Both the position numbers and the translations under genes were made by a program. Source: an uncultured Chloroflexia bacterium (GTDB lineage Bacteria > Chloroflexota > Anaerolineae > CG2-30-64-16). Taken from it: a stretch of DNA of 64,000 bases. Numbering within the stretch: position 1 is the stretch's first letter; each line of letters begins with the position of its first letter. The notes under the pieces are model-generated. The model saw only the letters and a program-made list of their open reading frames with translations, made no database searches and was not told where the DNA came from. Shown here piece by piece: positions 1 through 10,474 of the stretch. Where the stretch lies: the NCBI GenBank assembly GCA_963810095.1, contig CAWEMM010000006.1, positions 1,312,001 through 1,376,000 on the forward strand, read 5' to 3'.

Positions 1-1110
1 GGCCTGCCACACCCGCAGCTGGTCCGCCGTGAGCACGGGCGGAGTATCCATCTGGAAGTCACGCCCGGCCAGCGGATCGCGCCACACCATCTCCTCGGCG
101 ATGCTGATCAGTCCCGCGGCTTCGAGGTCGCGCAACGTGTTCAGCGTCGCGTCCGTTTCGGCGTAGATCCTGCCGATCCAGACCGGCTCGCCCAGCGCCA
201 GCAGGAGCTCGAGCACGGCCCGGTGCTTCCGCGTCCCGCGCAGCTCTTCCAGGGTCGCAGCCAACGCGTCGGGTGCCAGCGTCAGTTCCACGGTCGCGGG
301 GTCAGCGCCACCGCTCCCCGGCCTTAACGTGACCCAACCCCGCTCGGCCAGCGTCTTGACCGTTGCGCGCTCGCACGGCGCGCCTGCCAGCAGCTCGGCC
401 AGCGGCGCGGCCCGGCCCGCCGGCTGCCTGCCCAGCCAGCCGAGCGCGCTCGCCTGTTTCGACGCCCGCCCAAGCGTGAGCAGGGCCGGGCCGACCTCGT
501 CCGGCTCGACCAGCAGTCGCACCTGGCGGTCGGTCTTCGGCCGGGGGGGCGGCGAGGGGAACTCCGCTTCCCGCGTCACGAGCCTCATCTCAATCAGCGG
601 CTCGAGGTCGTCGCGCTGGGTCACCCGCTTGACGTCCTCCGTCAGCTCGCTCCAGTCGCCCGGTTTCTGGCCGATCCGGGCCAGCAAGGCAAGCTGCTTC
701 TCGGTCAGCCCGCCCGGCGCGGGCGCCGCGGTGCGAACGAATACCGTCCGCCCGCGCTGCGACAGCCCGGCCGGCAGCATCAGGCGCAGTGATTCAATCA
801 GGGGCGCGAGGGTTTGTTCGCTGATCCAGTACGCGAGGCTTAGTTGCGCGGGCGTGAGCACGGGCTGGGACCAGACGAGCGAGATCAGCTCCCGCGTCTG
901 GAAATCGGGCGCGGCGTCGTGCACCCGCAGCACGATCCCCTGCACCCGCCGGCTGCGGAAGGGAATCCACGCGAGGTGACCGGGCGCGAGGCGGCCGGCC
1001 AGCGAGGGGGGCACTCCGTAGGTGAAGGTCTGGCTCGCCGCGTCCTCGCCGCCCACCATGGGGCCAGCGACCCCCACAGGGGTGTTAACGCAGACGTCGG
1101 CGTAAAGCAT
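1..1110 (-). CDS. priA: Primosomal protein N' (N-terminal part, runs off window)
   Basis: Not in ORF track. Manual translation from ATG at 1110: MLYADVCVNTP...QTFTYGVPPSLAGRLAPGHLAWIPFRSRRVQGIV, a PriA 3'-DNA-binding domain pattern. Confidence 0.85.
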   Translation of the reverse strand, partial: MLYADVCVNTPVGVAGPMVGGEDAASQTFTYGVPPSLAGRLAPGHLAWIPFRSRRVQGIVLRVHDAAPDFQTRELISLVWSQPVLTPAQLSLAYWISEQTLAPLIESLRLMLPAGLSQRGRTVFVRTAAPAPGGLTEKQLALLARIGQKPGDWSELTEDVKRVTQRDDLEPLIEMRLVTREAEFPSPPPRPKTDRQVRLLVEPDEVGPALLTLGRASKQASALGWLGRQPAGRAAPLAELLAGAPCERATVKTLAERGWVTLRPGSGGADPATVELTLAPDALAATLEELRGTRKHRAVLELLLALGEPVWIGRIYAETDATLNTLRDLEAAGLISIAEEMVWRDPLAGRDFQMDTPPVLTADQLRVWQA

Positions 1111-1161
1111 GGCAGAATCCCGGTCCCCGATGAGACGTCAAGGCGAAGCCTCTTAATCGGT

Positions 1162-2022
1162 TCAAGCGCCGTAAACCGCGGCGGCCATGTACCCGACGGT
1201 GTAACTCCCGGGGCGCTTGTCCCCGGTTACCTCGCCAGAGTTGGTGTACTGCAGAACATGCACGCCCTGGCCGCCCAGCCGCTGGCAGGTCTCCATGATC
1301 GCCAGCAGGCCGACCGCGCCGCACGCCTGCACCGCCTCGGTCCGCAAGGCAGCGCGCAGCCCGTCCACGTCAAAGGTGGATACCAGTTCGACCAGCCGCC
1401 TGTCCGTCACGACCACGTCCGCATAGTTCTCCATGTGGCTCAGGTCGGTGCTGCAAACCAGCAGCGTCTGCTCGTCGACCAACTCGGCCAGGGCCTGCGC
1501 CAAGAGAGTGATCCGCTGCGTCGCCTGCCTGCTTCCGATGTGTTCGCCGAGCATGACCGGCACAAGCGTGAAGGAGCCGAGCGCCACCTGCAGGAACGGC
1601 AGCTCGATCTCGAGCGAGTGCTCCTGGTCGCCCTGCACCCGCGTCAGGGGGATGCGCTGGCCCAGTTTGCCGACGAATTCCTCGTCCAGCGCCACAACGC
1701 CGAGCGGCGTGCTGTAGCCCCCCTCCGACGGGACCATGTAGGGGCCGGCCGGGCTGCCCGAGATCGGGCGGTGCAGCGGCCCCAGCAGAACTACCCGCCT
1801 GTATTCCGCGCCCTGCACCTGAGCGAACGCGCGGGCTGCCGTCGGGCCGGAATATGCATAACCCGCGTGGGGCGCGACGAGCCCGAGAACACGTCCGGGC
1901 AAGGGTGCTTTTGGGGCTGCGGCAAAGTATTGCTCGATGTCGCGGCGCAGTGTCGTGGGGTTTCCGGGATACCACCGGCCCGCAATGGCCGACGGCCGAA
2001 TCGCTGGCATTGACTCCGCCAT
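1162..2022 (-). CDS. AmmeMemoRadiSam system protein B (MEMO1 family)
   Basis: IAGRWYP, APHAGYAYSG, EHSLEIELPFLQ, STDLSH, ACG and VGY motifs. Confidence 0.9.
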   Translation of the reverse strand: MAESMPAIRPSAIAGRWYPGNPTTLRRDIEQYFAAAPKAPLPGRVLGLVAPHAGYAYSGPTAARAFAQVQGAEYRRVVLLGPLHRPISGSPAGPYMVPSEGGYSTPLGVVALDEEFVGKLGQRIPLTRVQGDQEHSLEIELPFLQVALGSFTLVPVMLGEHIGSRQATQRITLLAQALAELVDEQTLLVCSTDLSHMENYADVVVTDRRLVELVSTFDVDGLRAALRTEAVQACGAVGLLAIMETCQRLGGQGVHVLQYTNSGEVTGDKRPGSYTVGYMAAAVYGA

Positions 2023-2053
2023 ATATCCCCCTGAGCCCGAACACTCCCGGGCT

Positions 2054-2839
2054 TTACCCGGCCCAGCGCTGGGTGCCGGCCACGGTCAAGATCAGCAGAA
2101 TGAGCAGCGCCGCCGCCAGTGCGAGCCAACGTTGACGGTTCGTGCGGCTGTCGACAACACGCGGCGTGGGACCGGGTCCGTCATACGACCAGGCAACCCC
2201 GTACTGGGGAGCAAGAACGAGCCCCATCAAGAAGCCGGCTACCAGGCCGCCAAGGTGCGCGATGTAGTTGATGTTGGGGATGGTGAAGCCAAGCACCAGG
2301 TTGATCACCAGCAGGATCGCGACGTTCTTCAGCCGCTGCTGGCCAAATGCGCCGAAGAGTTGCCGGTTGCGCAAGAAAAAGGCCGCTTCGGCGCCGATCA
2401 GGCCGAAGATGGCGCCCGACGCGCCCACCGACGGTTCCGCTCCGCCCAGCACGTACCATGCCACGCTGCCGGCCAGGCCAGAAACGAGATAGACCACGGT
2501 GAACCAGAGCGAACCGTAGAGGCCCTCGATGTCGCGTCCCAACACGAACAGCGCATAGCAGTTGAAGGCCAGGTGGCTCAAGCTGGCGTGCAGGAGGGTC
2601 GCGGTGAACAGCTGCCAGTACCACCCGGCCGCGACGGCCTCGTTCCATTGCGCGCCGAACATGAAGACCAGGCGCTGCCCCGTGAGCTGGGTGATAATGA
2701 GGTCCGCGACGAAGACGGCCAGGACAACGCCCAACAGCACATAGGTCACGCGCGGCCGGGCAATGGGCACTGCCAGGCCAGAGGACCGCCCGGCAGGCGC
2801 CGCCATATCGTCTTCCGGGCCGGGCTGGTTCGCGTTCAT
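2054..2839 (-). CDS. Rhomboid family intramembrane serine protease
   Basis: HLAFN, GASGAIFG, AHLGG motifs; multiple TM segments. Confidence 0.92.
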   Translation of the reverse strand: MNANQPGPEDDMAAPAGRSSGLAVPIARPRVTYVLLGVVLAVFVADLIITQLTGQRLVFMFGAQWNEAVAAGWYWQLFTATLLHASLSHLAFNCYALFVLGRDIEGLYGSLWFTVVYLVSGLAGSVAWYVLGGAEPSVGASGAIFGLIGAEAAFFLRNRQLFGAFGQQRLKNVAILLVINLVLGFTIPNINYIAHLGGLVAGFLMGLVLAPQYGVAWSYDGPGPTPRVVDSRTNRQRWLALAAALLILLILTVAGTQRWAG

Positions 2840-3519
2840 AGCGCCACCGGCTGCCAGTCAATGCGGCTCTTCTCGGCCTGCACAATCGCGATGACCCGGT
2901 CGACGGTTTCGTCCAACGCACACTCCCGATTGATGATGCGATACCGGAACTCGTGCGCCCTGCGGAGCTCGTTGCGGGCGGTCTCGATGCGCCGCTCGAG
3001 CTGCGACGGATCTTCCGTCTTGCGCCGGCGCAACCGTTCGATGAGCGCTTCCTCGGATTCGGCGGTCAGAAAGATCGTGACGGCTTCTGGCACCAGCTCC
3101 CGAATGGTCGCCGCGCCCTGGACGTCGATGCGCAGCATCACATCCTGGCCGCTAGCCAGTGCCGCCCGAATGCCTGCCTTTGGAATGCCCTTGTACTGCC
3201 CGTACACGAGCGCATGCTCCAACAGCTCGCCGCGCTCGATCAGGTCGTTAAACGTCGTTTCGGAGACGAAGTGATAGTCGACGCCGTCTACCTCGCCGGC
3301 CCGCCGGGGGCGAGTGGTCGCGGTCACCACGAAGAAACACGTATAGCCGCGCTCCTTCATGCGCTCGATCGTCGCGTCCTTCCCCACGCCCGACGGCCCC
3401 GATATCACGACGAGCAGGGGGCGCTGCGCATAGAGCGAGCTGTACCACGTGCGTGAAACGTCTTCGAGGCTGACTTGGCTTGCCTCTGTCCGGTGATCCG
3501 AATACGTCGGTTCACTCAT
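2836..3519 (-). CDS. gmk: Guanylate kinase
   Basis: SGPSGVGK, TTRPRRAGEVDGVDYHF, IDVQGA. Confidence 0.95.
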   Translation of the reverse strand: MSEPTYSDHRTEASQVSLEDVSRTWYSSLYAQRPLLVVISGPSGVGKDATIERMKERGYTCFFVVTATTRPRRAGEVDGVDYHFVSETTFNDLIERGELLEHALVYGQYKGIPKAGIRAALASGQDVMLRIDVQGAATIRELVPEAVTIFLTAESEEALIERLRRRKTEDPSQLERRIETARNELRRAHEFRYRIINRECALDETVDRVIAIVQAEKSRIDWQPVAL

Positions 3520-3623
3520 GCCTTTCGGTCCCTCATGCTATAATCGGATGATAGCTTTTCCGGAGCGCTCGGGGCGCGCAATGCCGCGCCGAGCATTCTA
3601 GAGCCAGACACTGCGAGGACGCA

Positions 3624-4028
3624 ATGCCGATTTACGAGTACACCTGCCAAGATTGCCAGCGCCGGGTCAGCCTCCTTTGGCGCTCATTTGCCGACGCCGA
3701 AGGCCGGGCGCCGGTCTGCCCGCGCTGCGGCGGCGCCAACCTCACCCGCCTGATCTCGCGCGTCGCCGTCGTCCGCTCCGAAGGGGGCCGGCTCGACGAC
3801 CTGGCCGACGGCAGCGCCGACGGCGACCTGTCGGGCCTCGACGAAAACGACCCGAAGTCGCTGGCCCGATTCATGCGCAAAATGGCCGACGAGACCGGCG
3901 AGGATCTGGGCCCTGAATTCGAGGAAGTGGTCGGCCGGCTCGAAGCCGGCGAAGATCCGGAAAGCATCGAAGACTCGATGCCGGACCTCGGCTCGACGCC
4001 CTCGAGCGACGACTTCGGCGTGATGTAA
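3624..4028 (+). CDS. FmdB-family zinc-ribbon protein
   Basis: MPIYEYTCQDC...CPRCG, acidic C-terminus, GAGG RBS. Confidence 0.85.
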   Translation: MPIYEYTCQDCQRRVSLLWRSFADAEGRAPVCPRCGGANLTRLISRVAVVRSEGGRLDDLADGSADGDLSGLDENDPKSLARFMRKMADETGEDLGPEFEEVVGRLEAGEDPESIEDSMPDLGSTPSSDDFGVM

Positions 4029-4064
4029 GGGCTTGTGCGCGAGGGGGCTGAGCCCACTCACCTA

Positions 4065-4391
4065 TTAAAGTTGCACGAACTGCTCGACGTTGAGCACGAA
4101 AAGCACCGCGCCGCCTACGCTGACCTCGATCGGTTCCGCCATTTCCAAACCCGGTCCCTCCAGCGTCGGGAGGGGGGATACCCACTGGGTGCGCCTGCGG
4201 CAGACCTGGCGGACGATATCGGCCGCCTGGGTCAGCTTCTGGTCGTCGGTGCCCAGGAAGAGCGTCGTGTTGCCTTCGCGCAGGAAGCCCCCCGTCGTGC
4301 TAATGACCGTGGCCCGGAACCCTGCTTTCGTTAGCCGGTCCAGCACGTCGCGAGAATCATCGCTGCTGACGATCGCTATGATGAGCTTCAT
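4065..4391 (-). CDS. darA: Cyclic-di-AMP receptor, PII-like (DarA/PstA, DUF970)
   Basis: MKLIIAIV...STTGGFLREGNTT...VGGAVLFV; AAGGAGG RBS; downstream of tmk as in Bacillus tmk-darA. Confidence 0.9.
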   Translation of the reverse strand: MKLIIAIVSSDDSRDVLDRLTKAGFRATVISTTGGFLREGNTTLFLGTDDQKLTQAADIVRQVCRRRTQWVSPLPTLEGPGLEMAEPIEVSVGGAVLFVLNVEQFVQL

Positions 4392-4465
4392 GGGTGGCAT
4401 CCTCCTTACGTGTCGGGCAATAGCAAGTGACAACTAAGAAACCGGGTTTTTCGAAAACCGCAGTT

Positions 4466-5086
4466 CTAGCCGGCAAGTAACCCCTGGACGCGCATGCGAA
4501 TCGCCTGCTGCACCTTCACCACCGGCTGCGTCGCATCCACGACCAACCAACGCTCACCCGCCTCACTCGCCAGCGCCAGATACCCCGCCCGCACCCGCTC
4601 GTGAAATTCCCGCTCTTCGCGCTCCATTCGATTCCACTCGACCGCAGCGCCGCCCCGCTTGCGTAGCAAGCCCTCTGCGACGGGCAGATCCAGGCAAATG
4701 GTCAGGTCAGGCATCAAGCCGCCCGTCGCAAATGCCGTGATCATGCGCAGCGACGCAAGATCGAGTCCCCGGCCGTAGCCCTGGTAAGCAAAAGTGGAGT
4801 CGGCAAAACGGTCGGACAGCACCACGCCCCCCCGCTCGAGGTGGGGCCGGATCACCTCGCCCACCAACTGCGCGCGTGCCGCCGAGAATAACAGGATCTC
4901 GGCCTCCGGCCGCATCTCGGTGTGCTCCGGCTCCAGGAGCACCGCGCGAATCGCATTGCCGATGCGGGTGCCCCCCGGCTCGCGCGTGGTGAGCACGTCG
5001 CAGCCACGCTCCACCAGCCATTCTGCCAGCAGGCGGATTTGCGTGGTCTTGCCCCCACCCTCGGGCCCCTCGAACGTTACGAACAC
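4466..5086 (-). CDS. tmk: Thymidylate kinase
   Basis: FEGPEGGGKTTQ, REPGG, DRFADSTFAYQG. Confidence 0.95.
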   Translation of the reverse strand: MFVTFEGPEGGGKTTQIRLLAEWLVERGCDVLTTREPGGTRIGNAIRAVLLEPEHTEMRPEAEILLFSAARAQLVGEVIRPHLERGGVVLSDRFADSTFAYQGYGRGLDLASLRMITAFATGGLMPDLTICLDLPVAEGLLRKRGGAAVEWNRMEREEREFHERVRAGYLALASEAGERWLVVDATQPVVKVQQAIRMRVQGLLAG

Positions 5087-5182
5087 TGCCGCCCCTGCCT
5101 GTCGAGAAACGTGGTTTCGAAAGAAACCGGGCCTCCCACGGCGTCTTCAAAGCCCGAAACGGATCGCAAACGAGCGATGGAA

Positions 5183-5272
5183 TGGGACACTGATTCAACT
5201 GATTGAACTGATCTGCACTGTCCTTCGGGCAAATCGTGATAATCAGTCCGATGCGTTCAATCAGCGTCCCAT
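5183..5272. repeat. Intergenic imperfect palindrome, family A (GGGACACTGATT...AATCAGTGTCCC); related copies at ~20505-20540 and ~23635-23732
   Basis: Inverted arms visible; three related copies in the window. Confidence 0.7.
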
Positions 5273-5284
5273 TTTCAGATCAGT

Positions 5285-6958
5285 TTAGCTCTGGAAAATC
5301 CGCACACGACGCCGGGGCTCCGAGCCGTAGCTGTGCGAAACCAGGTTCGCCGAGCGCGCCATTTCGTGCTGCATGCGCCTGATCTCGGGACCCGCCGGCG
5401 GCAGCTCCTCGGAACCCGAACCGCCGAGCACCCGGCGGATAGCTTCCTGGGTTTCCGAGACGGCCTTCTCCATCGGGTCTTCCAACTGCACTGGCACGCC
5501 GAAGATGTCGCCCAGGATCGACTCCATCTGGTTAATCGTGTTCGAGCGCAGAACGTAGACCGGGACGCGCCGCCGCTCCGCTTCGGTAATCGGCTGCGGG
5601 TGCTTCCGGTAGTAGTTCTTCAACGTCACCACTGCATTGGCGTGTTCGAGGTCGTCGACCACGCTGACGGGCACGCCCAGATTCTGCGACGCCTGGATCA
5701 GCCGGCCCCGGCCAACGCCGTACGGGTAAACCCGCAGCGTGTTGTGCTGCTGCCGTGAAGTTACGGCTGCGGGCGCGGCACTTTCAAAGTCGCTCGTGTC
5801 ACGGAAGCCGTTCGTCTGCACGCCGCGGGCTGCCCCGCGGCCCGCGCATCCCGTCGCCGCCGCCGGCCCACTCCGTGTGTTTCTCGAAGGGCAGGCGTCC
5901 CATGGCGCCGCCATCCGAGCCCGCCCTGGCGGCCGCCCCGCGGCTCGATTGTCGGAACGGGCGCCTTCTCGATATGCAGCTGCCCCCCATCGTCGACGAA
6001 ACGAATCTCGGGCTGGGGTGTGCGGCCTCGCAAGAGCGCGTCGACCGCGGCCGCGACGCTGTGATGCACCGCCATCCGCTGGCGGTCCTGCAGCTCGATC
6101 AGCACGTCAAAGGTGGGGGGCGCCCGGCGCTCCAGAACGGCCTTCTGCGTGCCGCGGCGCCGCGCCTCTTCGTCGCTCAGCGTAACGCTCTCGATCCCAC
6201 CCACCAGGTCCGACAGGGTGGGGTTGATCAGCAGGTTTTCGAGGCTGTTGCCATGGGCCGTGCCGACCAGTTGCACACCACGCTCGGCGATCGTACGGGC
6301 CGCCGCAGCTTCCTGCTCGCGCCCGATTTCGTCGATCACGATGACCTGCGGCATGTGGTTTTCGACCGCCTCGATCATCACCTCGTGCTGCAGCGCCGGA
6401 TCGGCCACCTGCATGCGCCGGGCGCGCCCGATGGCGGGATGCGGGATGTCGCCGTCGCCGCCGATCTCGTTCGACGTGTCGACGACCACAACCCGGCGCT
6501 TCTCGCTCAGGATGCGCGCGGCCTCGCGCAAGAGCGTGGTCTTGCCCACGCCCGGCCGGCCCAGCAGCAGGATGCTCTGGCCCGACTTCACGATATCTTC
6601 GACAATATCGATCACGCCGTACACGGCGCGGCCGACCCGGCACGTCAGGCCGATGACATTCCCCTGCCGGTTACGGATCGCCGAAATCCGGTGCAGGGTG
6701 CGTTCGATGCCTGCCCGGTTGTCGCCGGTGAACTCGCTGATACGCGAGATCACGTAATCCAGGTCTTCCTGGCTGATTTCCCGTTCGCTGAGGGCGAGCT
6801 CGTGATCGACGAAACGCGGCCTCGGGCACACGTCCGAGGTCCATGATGATCTCGAGCAGGTCGTCGCCTTGATTGGCTGCGCGCAGGGCTCTTTCAATCT
6901 GCGGAGGCAGCACATGCAGCAGCGCATCGAGGTCGTCGGTAATCTTTCTCTGTTCCAT
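5285..6958 (-). CDS. Ycf45/SpoIIIAA-like AAA ATPase with C-terminal R3H domain (two frame breaks, ~6825 and ~5900)
   Basis: [32 protein letters not shown]; C-terminal RRMQH...[14 protein letters not shown]. Confidence 0.85.
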
Positions 6959-6979
6959 ACTTCTCTCAGAATCCTCGGG

Positions 6980-8127
6980 CTACGGCGTACGACGCCGCGG
7001 CCGGCCACTCAACGGCCCAACCACCGGCAGCCGGTGGTGCGGAGATGCCGTGGAGTGCACGCCCATCTCACGCGCCAGCTCGCGCACTGCGGTTGGGACA
7101 GGCTCGGCGACACGGACAACAGCTGTCGTGTGCTTCACAAACCGGGCCCGTTCCATGAGCGGCGCAAAGCCAAAACTGACTAACCCGCCGCTCAAATTCA
7201 AGTCGTAATCCCGCACCGTCACGTAGACTGGGCTCTGCCGGCCGTTCTGGAACGGCGCCGGCTTATCCAGGCTGCGCAAACCCTGCTCGATAAGCAAACG
7301 AACTTCCCGGGCGGAAAGTTCACCCGCGCCCAGCACCCGCAGCCAATGCCCGGCCCGCCCGCGGTGCACCTGGACCGCGCCGCGCACCTCGCCGGCCGGC
7401 TCGAGCACCCACCCCTGCCAATCGTCCGGCTCCCACCAGGAGAGCAGGGGCGACCCGGGGTCGGGGCCGGCCGCGCCGCCCGACAACGCCCCCTCGGCCT
7501 GCTGCACCAGCCGGGGCGTGCTCCGGCTGTACAGCCGCTGCAGCGCCCAGCTATCGCGGGATGCTGCGACCGGATCCCGTAACTGCGTATCTCCTGGCCC
7601 GATGGTCCCGCTTTGGGCACGGTAGCCAGCCGGTAGATCGTCTCGCGCGTATATAGACAGAAACCAGCCTGCTTGAGGCTGGTTTGTTCGTAACAACCTT
7701 CGGGCGTACTCGCGTAGATGCGCTGCAGGCCGTGCGTAGACGCGGCCAACGAACAGTGCGCCAGCAGCCGGCTCCAGACTCCCTCGGCAGACCGGACCAC
7801 GCCCGGCGCCTCCCGGGCCGTGCCATCACCGCCTTCGAGGTAGGCGTCTGACATGACCGCAGGAGCAACATGCAGCAAGTCAGCCTCAGGGCGGCTCGCG
7901 CGCTTCAACAGCTGAGCAAACCCCTGCAAGTGCTCGCCTTGCCGTGGCATGGCCTCATCCAGCACGAACGTAGCAACGCCAACGCCGGCCCAGGGCCACG
8001 GCGCGGTCAGCGCCGTCCACAAAGGCTCGTGCGGGTGCGTCAACATGTGCTCGACGGCCAGGGTCATCCCGCAGCGCTGCAGGCGGCGCACCAGCCAGAT
8101 GTCGTTCAAACCGAACGGACGGATCAC
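6980..8127 (-). CDS. Hypothetical protein, possibly GNAT-like fold (frame break ~7560)
   Basis: ORFs 7219-8127 and 6980-7696 join into one protein-like sequence; MIRPF start and LKQAGF/LVSFGF segments resemble GNAT folds. Confidence 0.55.
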
Positions 8128-8262
8128 GAAAAGCTATCTCTCCCTACACGACCGCCCAACTTCGCGCGATACGATCACCATCCCCAGAGCCATTCTACCA
8201 CAACGGGTAGTCCTGACAAGTGATCTCAGACTCAGATTGCGGGGCCGCGGTCTTGGAGAAAC

Positions 8263-8289
8263 AAAACCCCCGGCGCTGGGCCGGGGGTC
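8263..8289 (-). terminator. Intrinsic terminator after cold-shock gene
   Basis: ACCCCCGG-CCAGCG-CCGGGGGT followed by TTTGTTT on minus strand. Confidence 0.75.
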
Positions 8290-8326
8290 AAGTGGGGCGC
8301 TGGTGAACTCGCGCCCGAGGGGCGAC

Positions 8327-8533
8327 TTACGCAGGCGTCACTGAGACGGCCTGGGGACCCTTCGGCGTATCTTCGACGATAAACCGAACCCGTTCGCCGG
8401 CGTCGAGGTTGCGGAAACCCTCGCCCAGGATGTTGGAATAATGAACGAAGACGTCCTTATCGCCACCATCCGGCGAGATGAAACCGTAGCCCTTGCTCCG
8501 GCTGAACCACTTGACAACACCCGTGCTCTCCAT
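8327..8533 (-). CDS. csp: Cold-shock protein
   Basis: GVVKWF, KGYGFI (RNP1), DVFVHY (RNP2), KGPQA; AAGGAGG RBS. Confidence 0.95.
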   Translation of the reverse strand: MESTGVVKWFSRSKGYGFISPDGGDKDVFVHYSNILGEGFRNLDAGERVRFIVEDTPKGPQAVSVTPA

Positions 8534-8713
8534 TAGAAAGTGCCTCCTTGGAGTAAAAGAAAACTTGTGGCCGTGACCCGCCTCCTTGCGATCCGGCAGG
8601 GGAGCGCCTCTGTGCCCATTTAAGCAAAAGCCACCGGGGCAGACGTACGCACCGGTGACTGGTGACCATCCTACTCCCTGACAGACTGCCGGAAAACCCT
8701 CACGGCTGGGACA

Positions 8714-8742
8714 ATCCTACCACTCGTAACCCCAGAAGTCAA
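8714..8742 (-). promoter_or_regulatory. Sigma70-type promoter for csp, giving a ~175 nt 5' UTR
   Basis: TTGACT-17 nt-TAGGAT with extended TG. Confidence 0.6.
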
Positions 8743-8796
8743 ATCAGAATGCGCAATATATTATGCAAAGCGTAGAGTCTTGATAAGTAAGTGACA

Positions 8797-8834
8797 CAAA
8801 AAACGGGCGACCGCCAGCCCGGCTGATCGCCCGT
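8797..8834 (-). terminator. Intrinsic terminator
   Basis: ACGGGCGA...TCGCCCGT stem followed by T run on minus strand. Confidence 0.7.
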
Positions 8835-8853
8835 GCAGCACCTGCAACTGATG

Positions 8854-9543
8854 TCAGTTCGGCAGTAGCGTGCCGCTGAAGCCGAATTGCGCGCCCTCTG
8901 GCCACTCCTTGCTGCCCGTCATCCAGGTCAGCAGCGCATTCTCGCGGTTCAGCAGCGCCATCTCCCGTCGCAGCATCTGTGTAACAGACGCCGAGCCGAG
9001 CAGTTCCTGCTTCTCCTTATTGTCGATCTGCATGGTCACGGCCGCCAAATATCCGATTTGTTCTGCGCCCGTGGGGATCTCCTCGATCTGAATCTGCAGC
9101 CCAGCCGCCTCGGCGATCAACTCCACGTAACGCTCCACCCGGTCGCGAACGACCTGCGCCCGCGCCAGCACCTGCTCCGGATCGTCCGGGTCGGCCATGG
9201 GCAGCGTCAGCACCTGGCCGCGCAAATAGGGTTGGTCGCGCAGCAGCCGTCGGATGCGGAACCGCTCGACCCCCACCGTCACGATGTTCATCGTGCCGTT
9301 GCCCAGATGCGTGCTCTCGATGATACGCGCGACCGTGCCGACGGTATACGGCTCGGCCTCGTCGCCCGCTTCCTGCCCGCGCTTGATGAGGACCACGCCA
9401 AACGGCAAGTCCTGCGCCAGGCAGTGCCGGATCATCAGGCGGTAGCGCTCTTCGAAAATATGCAGGGGCAGCACCTGCCCGGGAAACAGCACGGTATTGA
9501 GCGGGAAGAGCGGCATCTCGACCGCTTCGATCATCTCGTCCAT
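8854..9543 (-). CDS. Lon peptidase N-terminal (substrate-binding) domain protein
   Basis: PLFPLNTVLFPG..LPLHIFEERYR; no ATPase or protease domain. Confidence 0.9.
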   Translation of the reverse strand: MDEMIEAVEMPLFPLNTVLFPGQVLPLHIFEERYRLMIRHCLAQDLPFGVVLIKRGQEAGDEAEPYTVGTVARIIESTHLGNGTMNIVTVGVERFRIRRLLRDQPYLRGQVLTLPMADPDDPEQVLARAQVVRDRVERYVELIAEAAGLQIQIEEIPTGAEQIGYLAAVTMQIDNKEKQELLGSASVTQMLRREMALLNRENALLTWMTGSKEWPEGAQFGFSGTLLPN

Positions 9544-9623
9544 GGTTTTCGTCCTCGTGCAAAGGAACGGGCGGACCCATAAAACGGTTCCAAATCAGCC
9601 GCCCATCGAGGCCACTATATAAC

Positions 9624-9661
9624 AAAAACGGGAAGCAGCCCAACACGCGCTGCTCCCCGTT
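9624..9661 (-). terminator. Intrinsic terminator after CRP-family gene
   Basis: AACGGG..GCAGC / GCTGC..CCCGTT stem followed by T run. Confidence 0.6.
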
Positions 9662-9684
9662 GCGACATCTGAGTTGGTAGGGCC

Positions 9685-10350
9685 CTAGTCCAGGGCGCCG
9701 GCCGCCAGCCGGAGGCCGGGCAAGTCACGGAGCTCGATCTTGCGATACCCGAGCTCGACCAGCCCTTCATCTTTAAAGCTGCGCAGAATGGCGCTGATGG
9801 TTTCGCGATAGGTACCCAGCATATCGGCCAGGGCCTGGTGGCTGGTGCCGCGAATCGCCTTCCCCCCGTTGGCCAGCTCGAGCAGCAGGCCGGCCAGTCG
9901 CTCCGGCAGCCGCTTGTAGGCCACTTCTTCCATGCGATTCTCGACCTGCGCCAACCGCTGGCCGACCGTCTGCAACAGCCCCCAGCTCAGCACGGGGTAG
10001 CGCAGCGCCAGCGTCTGCGCCTGGGGCTGGGGCACGGCCCACAGGATACAATCGGTCAGGGCCACGGCACGCACGCACGGATCGACCGCGCCGAGTAGTG
10101 CACCCTCGCCGAACATCGATCCGGGACCGAGGGTCGCGATCGCCAGCCGGCGGCCGTTGGGTCCCTCGCGGATCAACTGTACCCGACCCTTCATCAAAGT
10201 GTAAAGGTTCTTTCCCAATTGCTCGGGATCTGCGACGTGCTGTCCCGCACGAAACGACTGCGCGCTGATTGCTTGCTTGAACTCTGGGTCGTCCTCACGA
10301 AGCTCGATCAGTATCTCCGGCAATGACCTCTGCTTCCCACGATGAACCAT
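9685..10350 (-). CDS. Crp/Fnr family transcriptional regulator (LdrP/SdrP-like)
   Basis: LGPGSMFGE cyclic-nucleotide-binding fold; HTH SHQALADMLGTYRETIS. Confidence 0.9.
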   Translation of the reverse strand: MVHRGKQRSLPEILIELREDDPEFKQAISAQSFRAGQHVADPEQLGKNLYTLMKGRVQLIREGPNGRRLAIATLGPGSMFGEGALLGAVDPCVRAVALTDCILWAVPQPQAQTLALRYPVLSWGLLQTVGQRLAQVENRMEEVAYKRLPERLAGLLLELANGGKAIRGTSHQALADMLGTYRETISAILRSFKDEGLVELGYRKIELRDLPGLRLAAGALD

Positions 10351-10412
10351 GTGTAACCTTCCTTCCTTCCTCTGCCTACAACTCAATACGTTTACCCATA
10401 CAACTGTAAGAA

Positions 10413-10441
10413 ACTATACTACAGAAGATCGCCCACGTCAA
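10413..10441 (-). promoter_or_regulatory. Sigma70-type promoter for the CRP-family gene
   Basis: TTGACG-17 nt-TATAGT. Confidence 0.65.
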
Positions 10442-10474
10442 CGGTTTGTCGAACTCTTAATGTAACCTTAAGCC

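Noticed and set aside
1162-2022. Complete AmmeMemoRadiSam system
   Set aside because: Only the MEMO (B) component is present; no AMMECR1 or radical SAM partner in the window.
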